A stretch of DNA of 64,000 bases. Origin: Clostridia bacterium. GTDB taxonomy: Bacteria > Bacillota > Clostridia > Christensenellales > QALW01. Each line of letters starts with the position of its first letter. The stretch's first letter is position 1. A program made the translations under genes and the position numbers. Positions 1 to 8,652 of this stretch are shown in pieces. The notes under the pieces were generated by a model. That model was not told the DNA's origin and did no database searches. It worked only from the letters and a program-made list of their open reading frames with translations. The DNA is taken from positions 241 to 64,240 of the forward strand of contig JAZRTX010000040.1 in the NCBI GenBank assembly GCA_045652205.1, read 5' to 3'.

Positions 1-93
1 GTTTTTTGTTCAGTAAGTTAAAGGGGATTTGAACATCTGCACTGTTCTCATTCTTTTCGCGGTCAAAAATTTTTAACACTAAAATAACAAAAA

Positions 94-109
94 TTACTAC
101 ATTTTGTGC
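94..109. promoter_or_regulatory. NrdR-box-like site upstream of the pflB promoter
   Basis: TTACTACATTTTGTGC fits the core positions of acaCwAtATaTwGtgt. A half-matching site (AAAATGAATATAGTAT) begins 32 bp downstream at 126. Confidence 0.4.
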
Positions 110-119
110 TTTAAAACAA

Positions 120-148
120 TTGACAAAAATGAATATAGTATATATAAT
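120..148 (+). promoter_or_regulatory. sigma-A promoter of pflBA
   Basis: TTGACA (120-125), 17 bp spacer, TATAAT (143-148). Confidence 0.85.
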
Positions 149-169
149 AAGTATGCAAATGAATAATGC

Positions 170-241
170 TTTTACATGACTGACGGGTTTTGCGATATGA
201 CGCAAGGGGAGTGTAAAAAATTAAGCCGACCGTCTGGGCAA
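170..241 (+). ncRNA. ZMP/ZTP riboswitch (pfl RNA motif)
   Basis: Hallmark segments GACTGACGG...GGGGAGTG...GCCGACCGTCTGGGCA, with TTACA/TGTAA pairing and GACGG/CCGTC pseudoknot complementarity. It lies in the pflB leader and is followed by a terminator. Confidence 0.88.
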
Positions 242-275
242 GTCAGTTATCTGATTTGTCCATTTTTTTATTTTT
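236..275 (+). terminator. Riboswitch expression-platform terminator
   Basis: GGGCAAGTCAG-TTAT-CTGATTTGTCC hairpin plus T run, overlapping the aptamer 3' end. Confidence 0.8.
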
Positions 276-300
276 GCATATATGAGAGAGGAGAAAATAT

Positions 301-2532
301 ATGAAGCACGAAAATTGGAACGGATTTATTTTGGGTGTATGGCAGAATGAAATTAACGTAAGGGATTTCATTCAGCAGAATTATACTGAATATAAAGGCG
401 ACGATAGCTTTTTAGCAGGCGCCACACAAAGAACAAATGAACTTATGGATAAGGTGCAGCACCTTTTTAAGTTAGAAAGGCAGTATGGTGGAGTATTGGA
501 TATTGATACTTCAACAGTTGCTTCCTTAACAAGTTTCTCACCGGGATATATTGATAAAGATAACGAAATTATCGTTGGCTTGCAAACCAACCGTCCACTT
601 AAAAGAGCAGTTAATCCCTTTGGTGGAATACGTATGGCAAGGCAGGCTTGTGAAGCTTACGGTTATAAGCTTTCTGAAAAGGTTGAAGAAGAATTCCGCT
701 ATAAAACTACCCACAACGATGGTGTTTTCAGGGCATATACAGATGAAATGCGTGCCGCAAGAAAGTGCCACGTTATAACAGGTCTTCCTGATGCTTACGG
801 CAGGGGCAGAATTATCGGCGATTACCGCAGGGTTGCCCTTTACGGTGTGGACAGGCTTATTGAAGAAAAGAAAAAGGATAAGGATGAACTTGCCAACAAA
901 GCCTTTGATACTATAACTATCCGTTTAGACGAAGAACTTTATAAACAGATTTCATTCTTAGTGAAATTAAAGGAAATGGCAAATTCATACGGTTATGATA
1001 TTTCTGAGCCTGCAAAAACTGCACGCGAAGCAATTCAATGGACTTATTTTGCATACCTTGGCGCTATTAAAGAACAAAACGGCGCAGCAATGAGCTTAGG
1101 CAGAGTTGCTACGTTCTTTGATATTTACATTGAAAGGGATATCAAAAACGGTGTTTTAACTGAAAGTGAAGCACAGGAACTTATGGACGATTTTGTTATC
1201 AAGCTTCGTATGGCACGCCACCTTCGTACACCTGAATATAACGAACTTTTCGGTGGTGACCCCATGTGGATTACCGAAGCCGTTGGCGGTATGGGCGAAG
1301 ATGGCAGAACTTTGGTTACAAAAAGTTCTTTCCGTATTCTTAATACACTTTATACTTTAGGTTCTTCACCTGAACCAAACCTTACTGTGCTTTGGTCAAA
1401 TGATTTACCCAAAAACTTTAAAAAGTTCTGCGCAAAGGTTTCCAAGGATACTGATTCAATTCAGTACGAAAACGATGATCTTATGCGCCCCATTTATGGC
1501 GATGATTACGCTATCGCCTGCTGTGTTTCTGCTATGAAAATCGGTAAGCAGATGCAGTTCTTCGGCGCAAGATGTAATTTAGCAAAGCTTCTTTTGATTG
1601 CAATTAACGGCGGTTATGACGTTTCAAGCGGAATGCACATTGGTCCTCAGATGGAAGTGTTAAAGGACGAACAGTTAAATTACGAAACCGTAATGGAACG
1701 TTATGATATTTATATTCAGTGGCTTTCAAAACTTTACGTAAATACAATGAATATAATCCACTATATGCACGATAAGTATTGCTATGAAAAATTACAGATG
1801 GCGCTTCACGATACTGACGTTGAACGTTTAATGGCGTTTGGTATTGCAGGTTTAAGTGTTGTTGCAGATTCATTAAGCGCAATTAAATACGCTTCCGTTC
1901 AGCCTGTACGTGATGAAAAAGGCTACATTGTTGAATATAATACAATAGGTGAATTCCCCAAATTCGGTAATGATGATGATAGGGTTGACTTAATTGCAAA
2001 GGAAATGACACATAAGTTTATTACTGAATTAAGAAAGACACCAACCTACCGCAAAGCAATTCATACACTTTCTGTTTTAACAATTACTTCAAACGTAATG
2101 TATGGTAAAAATACCGCCGCAACACCTGATGGCAGAAAGGCAACTGAGCCCTTTGCACCCGGTGCAAACCCAATGCACAATCGCGAAGAAAACGGCGCGC
2201 TTGCATCACTTAACTCTGTTGCAAAAATCAGTTATGACGATTGCCGTGACGGTGTTTCAAACACCTTCTCAATTACGCCTGATGCCTTAGGCAAAACTGA
2301 TGAAGAGCAGATTGAAAATTTAGTTAATATTCTTGATGGCTACTTTAAGAAGAATGCCCATCATATTAACGTTAATGTTTTAAATCGCGAAACACTTATG
2401 GATGCCTATGAAAACCCTGAAAAATATCCAAACCTTACAATCCGCGTTTCAGGTTATGCAGTAAACTTTAATAAGCTTTCCCGCGAACAGCAAAGGGAAG
2501 TTATCAGCCGTACTTTCCACGAAGCATTATGA
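301..2532 (+). CDS. pflB: Pyruvate formate-lyase (formate C-acetyltransferase)
   Basis: IACCVS Cys-Cys active site, [18 protein letters not shown]-terminal RVSGY glycyl-radical motif. Confidence 0.97.
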   Translation: MKHENWNGFILGVWQNEINVRDFIQQNYTEYKGDDSFLAGATQRTNELMDKVQHLFKLERQYGGVLDIDTSTVASLTSFSPGYIDKDNEIIVGLQTNRPLKRAVNPFGGIRMARQACEAYGYKLSEKVEEEFRYKTTHNDGVFRAYTDEMRAARKCHVITGLPDAYGRGRIIGDYRRVALYGVDRLIEEKKKDKDELANKAFDTITIRLDEELYKQISFLVKLKEMANSYGYDISEPAKTAREAIQWTYFAYLGAIKEQNGAAMSLGRVATFFDIYIERDIKNGVLTESEAQELMDDFVIKLRMARHLRTPEYNELFGGDPMWITEAVGGMGEDGRTLVTKSSFRILNTLYTLGSSPEPNLTVLWSNDLPKNFKKFCAKVSKDTDSIQYENDDLMRPIYGDDYAIACCVSAMKIGKQMQFFGARCNLAKLLLIAINGGYDVSSGMHIGPQMEVLKDEQLNYETVMERYDIYIQWLSKLYVNTMNIIHYMHDKYCYEKLQMALHDTDVERLMAFGIAGLSVVADSLSAIKYASVQPVRDEKGYIVEYNTIGEFPKFGNDDDRVDLIAKEMTHKFITELRKTPTYRKAIHTLSVLTITSNVMYGKNTAATPDGRKATEPFAPGANPMHNREENGALASLNSVAKISYDDCRDGVSNTFSITPDALGKTDEEQIENLVNILDGYFKKNAHHINVNVLNRETLMDAYENPEKYPNLTIRVSGYAVNFNKLSREQQREVISRTFHEAL

Positions 2533-3230
2533 TAGGTAAGATTCATTCTTTTCAAAGCCTTGGCACAGTTGATGGCCCCGGCATAAGATTCGTTGCCTTT
2601 TTAATGGGTTGCCCGTTAAGGTGTGCCTGTTGCCATAACCCTGATTTGTGGGGTGATGGCGGTAAGGAATATACCGCAGAGCAGGTTGTGGAGTCTGCAC
2701 AAAAATATAGGGATTACTTTGGTGAAAAGGGCGGAATAACCCTTTCAGGCGGTGAGCCTTTAATGCAGGCGGAATTTTGCGAAAACGTTTTTCGTTTAGC
2801 CAAAGAAAAGGGAATTAACACTTGCCTTGATACCTCAGGCTGTGTACTGAACGAAAAGGTAAAAAAGCTTTTAACTGTAACTGACAGAGTGCTTTTAGAT
2901 ATTAAATATTTAACTGAAGAAAAATATCAAAAGTATGTTGGTTGTTCCTTTAATAGCGTTAAAGATTTTTTAGAATATCTTAATCAACAAAATATTCCAA
3001 CAATCGTACGCCAGGTAATAATCCCTGGACTGAACGATTCTGAAGAAGATGCGAAAGCCTTAAAAGAATTTGTAAACAAATATTCTTGCGTTGATAAAAT
3101 TGAGCTTTTGCCTCTTAAAAAAATTTGTCAGGTTAAATATGATAATTTAGGTATTCCCTTTCCATTAAAGGATACCCCAACGCCAACAAAAGAACAAATG
3201 GAAAAACTTAATAAAATATTAAGCCACTAA
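2529..3230 (+). CDS. pflA: PFL-activating enzyme (radical SAM)
   Basis: [36 protein letters not shown] overlap with pflB. Confidence 0.95.
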   Translation: MIGKIHSFQSLGTVDGPGIRFVAFLMGCPLRCACCHNPDLWGDGGKEYTAEQVVESAQKYRDYFGEKGGITLSGGEPLMQAEFCENVFRLAKEKGINTCLDTSGCVLNEKVKKLLTVTDRVLLDIKYLTEEKYQKYVGCSFNSVKDFLEYLNQQNIPTIVRQVIIPGLNDSEEDAKALKEFVNKYSCVDKIELLPLKKICQVKYDNLGIPFPLKDTPTPTKEQMEKLNKILSH

Positions 3231-3252
3231 TTTTAGTGGCTTTTATTTTTTT
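3220..3252 (+). terminator. Intrinsic terminator after pflA
   Basis: AAGCCACTA-ATTT-TAGTGGCTT plus T run. Confidence 0.75.
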
Positions 3253-3381
3253 GTGTGCAGACAGGCAACCCTACGGTAATAAAATAAAGTTTGTAGGGGC
3301 GTTGCTGTGGCCGTCAGCTTTTCGTATATTGACAAACACATAATAAAAGTGATATCATAAAAACAGGAAAGGAGATTTAAA

Positions 3382-4008
3382 ATGAAAAAAATATTATCAA
3401 TCTTTATTGTTCTTTTAATAGGCGTTGTTGCTTTTTGTGGATGCAATGAAACAAGAGAACAAGGAAACAACAATAACAAAGGTGGAGAAAATACAAATGT
3501 TAGCGGGCAAGGCACGCCACCGCGCCAGATATTTTTTAGTACCGTTAAAGAGATAGAAGATTTTGTAGCACTTAAAGAATGTACTAAAACTGAATATCAA
3601 GAGTTTTTAGATAAGAACAAAGGTGTATTCTCTTACGAAATGAACGGGATGCGCACTCCTGAAGACGTGGCTGTTTTTGCGCAAAATATTGAAAATGGCG
3701 GATATCCGCGTTTTACTAATGAAGATCAAACTTTTGGATTTACATATTATCCTCATAATGAAAATTATACTTTGAATTATTATGTGAACGATATTCGATA
3801 TTGCTTTGAATTTTGTAAAAACCATACGTTAGAAAAAGCAGCAAATAAAGTTCTTGTTGGGCAAAAGAATATTGGAGATGAAAAGGTGGATATGTATAAG
3901 GTTGGAGAGAACTATTATGGCCTTATACACCGCAATGACTATAATATTTATATTTTTGTATACAAGTGTGAGTTTGAAGATATTGATTTCAGCACAGTAA
4001 TTTTTTAA
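3382..4008 (+). CDS. Hypothetical lipoprotein
   Basis: MKK plus hydrophobic signal peptide and lipobox-like AFCGC, followed by an Asn/Gly linker; GAAAGGAG RBS. Confidence 0.7.
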   Translation: MKKILSIFIVLLIGVVAFCGCNETREQGNNNNKGGENTNVSGQGTPPRQIFFSTVKEIEDFVALKECTKTEYQEFLDKNKGVFSYEMNGMRTPEDVAVFAQNIENGGYPRFTNEDQTFGFTYYPHNENYTLNYYVNDIRYCFEFCKNHTLEKAANKVLVGQKNIGDEKVDMYKVGENYYGLIHRNDYNIYIFVYKCEFEDIDFSTVIF

Positions 4009-4036
4009 AAAACCATAAAAAGCAAAGTAAAAATAG

Positions 4037-4066
4037 TAAAGCCAACGGTTAATCCGTTGGCTTTAA
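4037..4066. terminator. Bidirectional terminator between convergent genes
   Basis: AAAGCCAACGG-TTAAT-CCGTTGGCTTT. Confidence 0.7.
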
Positions 4067-4072
4067 ATTTTA

Positions 4073-5902
4073 TTATTTCTTTACAAAAGGCATTTCCGTA
4101 ACGCGTAATTTTGCGCAACCGTATGGATATAATATTTTTTCTTCAATTTCGCCTATAGCTTTTGTTGATTCAGGAATTTTTGCACAAACCGTATCGTATC
4201 CGTCCTCAAAGCCCCAGGCGATTTTTTGCATATTAACCTTTAATACGCTTGGGGGATTAAGGGAAGAAAATGGTGTGCTGTCAGTTTCGTTTTTAATAAA
4301 CTCAACCTTTTTATTTAAAAAGGCGTAATTCCAATCTTCCTTTGGAATTAACTCATAATCGCAATAGGGGAACTTACGTTCAACGTCATTTCTAACGTAT
4401 TCAAGCATATTGCTTTCGTGTTTAATAGGTAAAGCGTATATAATTGAACCGCATTTAATTGAGTTAAGCCCGTGTGGACGTTTAACAAATTCAGGCTTAG
4501 TGTCAAACTTAATATTAAGTGTAACTTCTTCACCCTTTTTAAAGTTAAGTTCAATATTTTTAATAGGCATTTTTTTATTATTAAGGGTAAGGTTTTTACT
4601 AAATGAATTTACCCTTATAATAAATTTAAAATCTTCTTTTGCCTTAACAATATATTTAAAGGTGTTTTCAAAGGGATAATCTGTTTCAATTTTAATATTG
4701 CATTTTGCTTCATCAAGCACACAAGGAATAGGTAACACGTTTATAACCGTGTCATCTTTATGCATAAAAGCGGAAATTGTAAACTTTGGCCAACCTTGAC
4801 CGTGGTTTGCGGTGCAACAACCAAAATGTGGCTCTAAACCAAATACGTGTGCTTCAAAACCGTTTGTTCTGAAAATTGGCTTTCCTGTATCCTTTGCTTC
4901 AGGAAAACGCTCACAGGAGATCTGGTTTGCCATCTGATTGTATTGATGAGTCCACATATCGTCGCTTATTGTGGCAGGAAGGGCGTTAAATGCCATCAGT
5001 TCAAGTAATTCTGCCCATTTGTTATCACCTGTATGATTGAACAGATGTTCATAAGAATACATTTGCTCAACAATTGCACAAAGCTCGGTGCCTTGAATTG
5101 CACTTAAACCTGAAAGACATTCGTCCCCTGTAAATCCGCCCCAAACTGTACCGTTATATTTATAAAGGTAATCGTAAAGCTCGGTTGCAATATCCTTATA
5201 TTCATCACCTAAAATATCACAGGAAACCGCTTCGTATTTAAGCATCATTGCAATATTAACGATATGGGTTTGTAGATCCCAACGGTTAATGGGGCGCACC
5301 CATTTTTCTTTAAGGGCGGGATAATCTTCGCCACCTGATTTTAAGATTTTTGCCAATTCGTAAAGCCAAGGCTCGTTAAATCTGTTTAAAGTAAACTTAA
5401 TAGGAATAAAACATTCAAACCAACGTGCTTTGTTCCAACGAAACATCTGGATTTTGTTATCTTTTAAAAGTTCGTAATAGTTTTTAAGTGCTTTATAGAT
5501 AACTTCGGGTATGCGCTCATCCAAAGTACATTCATAATAAACCGCTAAAACCTTTGTAATTAAAATTACTGCCCAGGTATCGTATGTTGCGCGATTTTCC
5601 TCAGAACAGGGGCATATCCAACCGTCAGGCTGTTGTTGCTGAATAATAGCATCAATATATTTTTTAGCGCGATTAAGCATATTTTCATCTTCAAGTAATG
5701 TGGCAAGGGAAACAAAACCGTCTAACCAATAGGGCGCTCTTTCCCAACCTTCAATCTTACCGCCAATCCACATACTGTCCTTTACATCAGGCCATACTTT
5801 ATCTAAGTTGCCTGCTAACCCGTTTGCTTGAAGTAAAAGTTGCCTTTTAACCCAACCCTCAGGCTTAATATCCCTTGCAGTATAAAAATTCCATTTAGCC
5901 AT
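4073..5902 (-). CDS. Glycoside hydrolase family 127-like (beta-L-arabinofuranosidase-like)
   Basis: WERAPYWLDG, GTELCAIVE and FGCCTANHGQGW (Zn-Cys3-Glu site). Start moved to the ATG at 5902 on RBS spacing. Confidence 0.8.
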   Translation of the reverse strand: MAKWNFYTARDIKPEGWVKRQLLLQANGLAGNLDKVWPDVKDSMWIGGKIEGWERAPYWLDGFVSLATLLEDENMLNRAKKYIDAIIQQQQPDGWICPCSEENRATYDTWAVILITKVLAVYYECTLDERIPEVIYKALKNYYELLKDNKIQMFRWNKARWFECFIPIKFTLNRFNEPWLYELAKILKSGGEDYPALKEKWVRPINRWDLQTHIVNIAMMLKYEAVSCDILGDEYKDIATELYDYLYKYNGTVWGGFTGDECLSGLSAIQGTELCAIVEQMYSYEHLFNHTGDNKWAELLELMAFNALPATISDDMWTHQYNQMANQISCERFPEAKDTGKPIFRTNGFEAHVFGLEPHFGCCTANHGQGWPKFTISAFMHKDDTVINVLPIPCVLDEAKCNIKIETDYPFENTFKYIVKAKEDFKFIIRVNSFSKNLTLNNKKMPIKNIELNFKKGEEVTLNIKFDTKPEFVKRPHGLNSIKCGSIIYALPIKHESNMLEYVRNDVERKFPYCDYELIPKEDWNYAFLNKKVEFIKNETDSTPFSSLNPPSVLKVNMQKIAWGFEDGYDTVCAKIPESTKAIGEIEEKILYPYGCAKLRVTEMPFVKK

Positions 5903-6027
5903 AAACAATACCCCTTTAAGTTTTATACATTTATTATATCATATTAAAAAACCCATAAAACATTGAAAAAATCAATAAAAACATTGACAATATCACACAA
6001 AAATGCTATATTCAAATCGGTGATTAT

Positions 6028-6789
6028 ATGTTAGGTATCAATTTAAATGCCCCTATAAAATATATTTCGGCTTCATTTCGGTATTTTAAAGAAAATGAAC
6101 ATCATACAAAACGCGTTTGTGCGGATAACGTGCTTTTATTGGTGTTTGAAGGTGTTTTGAAATTTCAGGAAGATGGTAAGGAATATGCAATAAAACCGGG
6201 GCAGTATCATATACAAAAGCAAAATTCATATCAAGTGGGAACAGTTAAAAGTGAAACGCCAAAGTACCTTTACGTTCATTTTTTAGGTGAGGAAAATGAA
6301 ATAACTAACGGCGTTTTAAGTTTTGACGGAGAGTTTGACGTTCAAAAGTTTATGCCTAAATTAGAAAAACTTGATGAACTTGCACATAATAGTGCTACTT
6401 ATATTGAACAGGCTTCGGTTTTTTATCAGATACTCTCTGATTTATCTATGCCTGAAATAAAAGTAAACTCCGCAGTAAAAATTAAAGAGTTCATTGAAAA
6501 AAATTATAATCACCAGATAAATCTTGAAGATATTAAAACTGAATTCAGTTTCAGTAAAAATCATATAATTAACGTTTTTAAAAAGGAATTCGGGTTAACG
6601 CCTGTTGAATATTTAAAAAAGGTTCGGATAAAGAATGCATTAAGAAAGATGGAAGCAACAAGCGATTCGTTAGAAGAAATTGCATATTCATGTGGTTTTA
6701 ACGATTACCCGTATTTTTATAAGGTGTTTAAAAAAGAATTTAATATCTCACCTGAAAAATGGCGAAAACAAAAACGTGAAAATATATAA
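6028..6789 (+). CDS. AraC-family transcriptional regulator
   Basis: Cupin-like N-terminus; C-terminal FKKEFGLTP...EEIAYSCGFNDYPYFYKVFKK double HTH; divergent from the GH127 gene. Confidence 0.93.
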   Translation: MLGINLNAPIKYISASFRYFKENEHHTKRVCADNVLLLVFEGVLKFQEDGKEYAIKPGQYHIQKQNSYQVGTVKSETPKYLYVHFLGEENEITNGVLSFDGEFDVQKFMPKLEKLDELAHNSATYIEQASVFYQILSDLSMPEIKVNSAVKIKEFIEKNYNHQINLEDIKTEFSFSKNHIINVFKKEFGLTPVEYLKKVRIKNALRKMEATSDSLEEIAYSCGFNDYPYFYKVFKKEFNISPEKWRKQKRENI

Positions 6790-6821
6790 AAAAGCGATAG
6801 CAAAAGGCTATCGCTTTTTTT
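6787..6821. terminator. Bidirectional terminator, left boundary of the phage-like module
   Basis: AAAAAAGCGATAGC-AAAAG-GCTATCGCTTTTTT. Confidence 0.8.
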
Positions 6822-6826
6822 GCGTT

Positions 6827-7234
6827 TTAAGGCAACTGTTTTTTATAATACAGCCAGAAAGCTTTTTTTATAAGTTCTTCCGGTACCGAAAAATGTTCCG
6901 ATAATTCAAAAACCGTAGAATGTTCATCTAAAACAGCGTCAAGTTTGTTTTTAGGTACAAGCATTTCAACGGTCTTTTTATTGGCGCGGTTTTCCATTCG
7001 TGCAACAAAAACGGGATTATCTGATTTTGTGTAATAGGCATCAGTTAACGCGTGGCCGATTTCGTGGGCAAGCACAAGGCGTTCATCATACTCACTTTTT
7101 AAAACAGACGGGTCAATACCAATAAATTTTGCGCCGTTAAAGTTAAGCGAAATCGCTTTTGATAAAGGGCAGGCAACAGCGTGGGTTTTAATGCCTTTTT
7201 GTTCAGTAAGCGAATATAGTTCCTTTAAGTTCAT
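6827..7234 (-). CDS. ImmA/IrrE-family metallopeptidase (anti-repressor)
   Basis: ERLVLAHEIGHA (HExxH) and MENRAN; directly downstream of an XRE repressor. Confidence 0.88.
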   Translation of the reverse strand: MNLKELYSLTEQKGIKTHAVACPLSKAISLNFNGAKFIGIDPSVLKSEYDERLVLAHEIGHALTDAYYTKSDNPVFVARMENRANKKTVEMLVPKNKLDAVLDEHSTVFELSEHFSVPEELIKKAFWLYYKKQLP

Positions 7235-7291
7235 AACCCATCACATCCTTTCCTTTATATGTTAGCAGTTCCTATGTCCAAAAATAAGGAC

Positions 7292-7624
7292 TTAGGAATT
7301 TTTTTTCAAAATGTAATCGGCGTAAGCCTTAACTTCTTCAAGCATCTGGTCGGTAACGCCTTCCTTAGCATTAAAAAGGGCAAACTTTAACTGATCGGTG
7401 GTGATGTTCATATCAATCATATTATCGTCTTCCCCTGCAAGCCAACGGGGTGAAACGTCCAAAGCGTTTGCAAGCTTTACGATACTTTCGTACTTTGGAA
7501 AATAAGTTCCTTTTAAATAAGTGCTGATAGAGGATTTGTTAATTTCGCAAATTTTAGCAAGTTGGGATTGCTTCATGTTGCGCTCTGTCATCGCCTCTTT
7601 AAGTCTTTGGGCAAAAACTGCCAT
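7292..7624 (-). CDS. XRE-family (ImmR/CI-like) repressor
   Basis: FAQRLKEAM...QSQLAKICEINKSSISTYLKG...P...IVKLANALDVSPRWLAG HTH_3. The ATG at 7624 has GAAGGAG at a usable spacing. Confidence 0.92.
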   Translation of the reverse strand: MAVFAQRLKEAMTERNMKQSQLAKICEINKSSISTYLKGTYFPKYESIVKLANALDVSPRWLAGEDDNMIDMNITTDQLKFALFNAKEGVTDQMLEEVKAYADYILKKNS

Positions 7625-7647
7625 AAAAATCATCTCCTTCGTTTAAT

Positions 7648-7676
7648 ATGCTAACACAAAAGTTCAGAAAATGCAA
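7648..7676 (-). promoter_or_regulatory. Leftward promoter of the repressor/immA unit
   Basis: Minus strand TTGCAT, 17 bp, TAGCAT with a TG extended -10; the -35 is overlapped by operator 1. Confidence 0.6.
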
Positions 7677-7859
7677 CAAAAAATTATAAAAATTCGCAAA
7701 AAATAAGGAAATTTGACAAAAAAGGTCAAAAAATGTAGGAAAAAGTAAATAAAAAAGTTCAGAAAACTGTACTAAATTTGTTGACAAATACAAAAACCCA
7801 ACCTATAATTAGTTCAAGTTACCAAACAAAAACGGACAAAAAGTTTGATAAACTGAACA
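7661..7859. promoter_or_regulatory. Four 18-bp operator-like sites, consensus AGTTCAG-N4-CTGAACW
   Basis: 7661-7678 AGTTCAGAAAATGCAACA; 7756-7773 AGTTCAGAAAACTGTACT; 7811-7828 AGTTCAAGTTACCAAACA; 7842-7859 AGTTTGATAAACTGAACA. Confidence 0.7.
7781..7809 (+). promoter_or_regulatory. Consensus sigma-A promoter driving the structural/lysis operon
   Basis: TTGACA (7781-7786), 17 bp, TATAAT (7804-7809). Confidence 0.85.
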
Positions 7860-7915
7860 AAAAATGCCTTCTCCACTAAAAAAGGTCAATTTAATTCAAT
7901 TTAGGAGGAAACTAA

Positions 7916-8320
7916 ATGTCATTAAAAAAAGAAGATCAACTTTGTTGGGATTGCCAAAGGGCAATCGGTTTATGCCCCTGGTCCCAAAGGGGAGAAGAAG
8001 TTAAAGGGTGGACAGCCACTAAAACGCTGATACCCAATGGGTGCGAAAGCGAATACACTGAATCTTATAAAATCACAAAATGCCCATTGTTTATTAAAGA
8101 TAAAGAAAGAATGCCTGTGGTTTTTGCAGGGGATAGAATAAGCATAAAAACTCTTGCACTTTTACTTAATATGAAGCAACGCACCTTAAAAAGCTGGCAG
8201 GATAATAAGATCGTAAAGGAAGCTGAAAAAAAGGGTATTAAGGTTGAAATTTTAAGGCAAAACGTTCGCACCATTAAGGTTAAACAGATTATAAGGAAAC
8301 AGGAAAATGCTTTGTTGTGA
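7916..8320 (+). CDS. Hypothetical Cys-containing protein with possible C-terminal HTH
   Basis: LCWDC...CPW...CPLF and ISIKTLALLLNMKQRTLKSW; AGGAGG RBS. Confidence 0.7.
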   Translation: MSLKKEDQLCWDCQRAIGLCPWSQRGEEVKGWTATKTLIPNGCESEYTESYKITKCPLFIKDKERMPVVFAGDRISIKTLALLLNMKQRTLKSWQDNKIVKEAEKKGIKVEILRQNVRTIKVKQIIRKQENALL

Positions 8321-8450
8321 TGATTGTAATCATATTTTTCAAGAACCTAAACTTATTCTGTATGAGGATAGCGATGCCTATATTTCACAGCATATTTTAG
8401 TTTGCCCAAGGTGTTTTAGTACAAACTTTTTTGACGTTAACAATGGCTAA
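8307..8450 (+). CDS. 47-aa zinc-ribbon-like protein (not in ORF track)
   Basis: MLCCDDCNHIFQEPKLILYEDSDAYISQHILVCPRCFSTNFFDVNNG has two CxxC motifs. It is preceded by AAGGAAACAGGAAA and fills the operon gap. Confidence 0.7.
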   Translation: MLCCDDCNHIFQEPKLILYEDSDAYISQHILVCPRCFSTNFFDVNNG

Positions 8451-8466
8451 AAGGAAGTGATTAAAG

Positions 8467-8652
8467 GTGGCAAAAGGAAAAAAGGAAATACAGGCGGTTA
8501 AGGATTTTTGGCACAGCGTAATGGAAGATGAAGAAATCAATATTCAGCATCGGCTTAAAGCATCTGAGCTTTGCGCTAAACTCAGCCAGGAAACAGACGC
8601 TGATACAAATCAGGTAGTGGTGTTTACAGGTGAAAAGGAAATCAAAGATTAA
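8467..8652 (+). CDS. Putative minimal terminase small subunit
   Basis: FWHSVM...HRLKASELCAK resembles the TerS C-terminal oligomerisation segment; it overlaps terL. Confidence 0.55.
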   Translation: MAKGKKEIQAVKDFWHSVMEDEEINIQHRLKASELCAKLSQETDADTNQVVVFTGEKEIKD

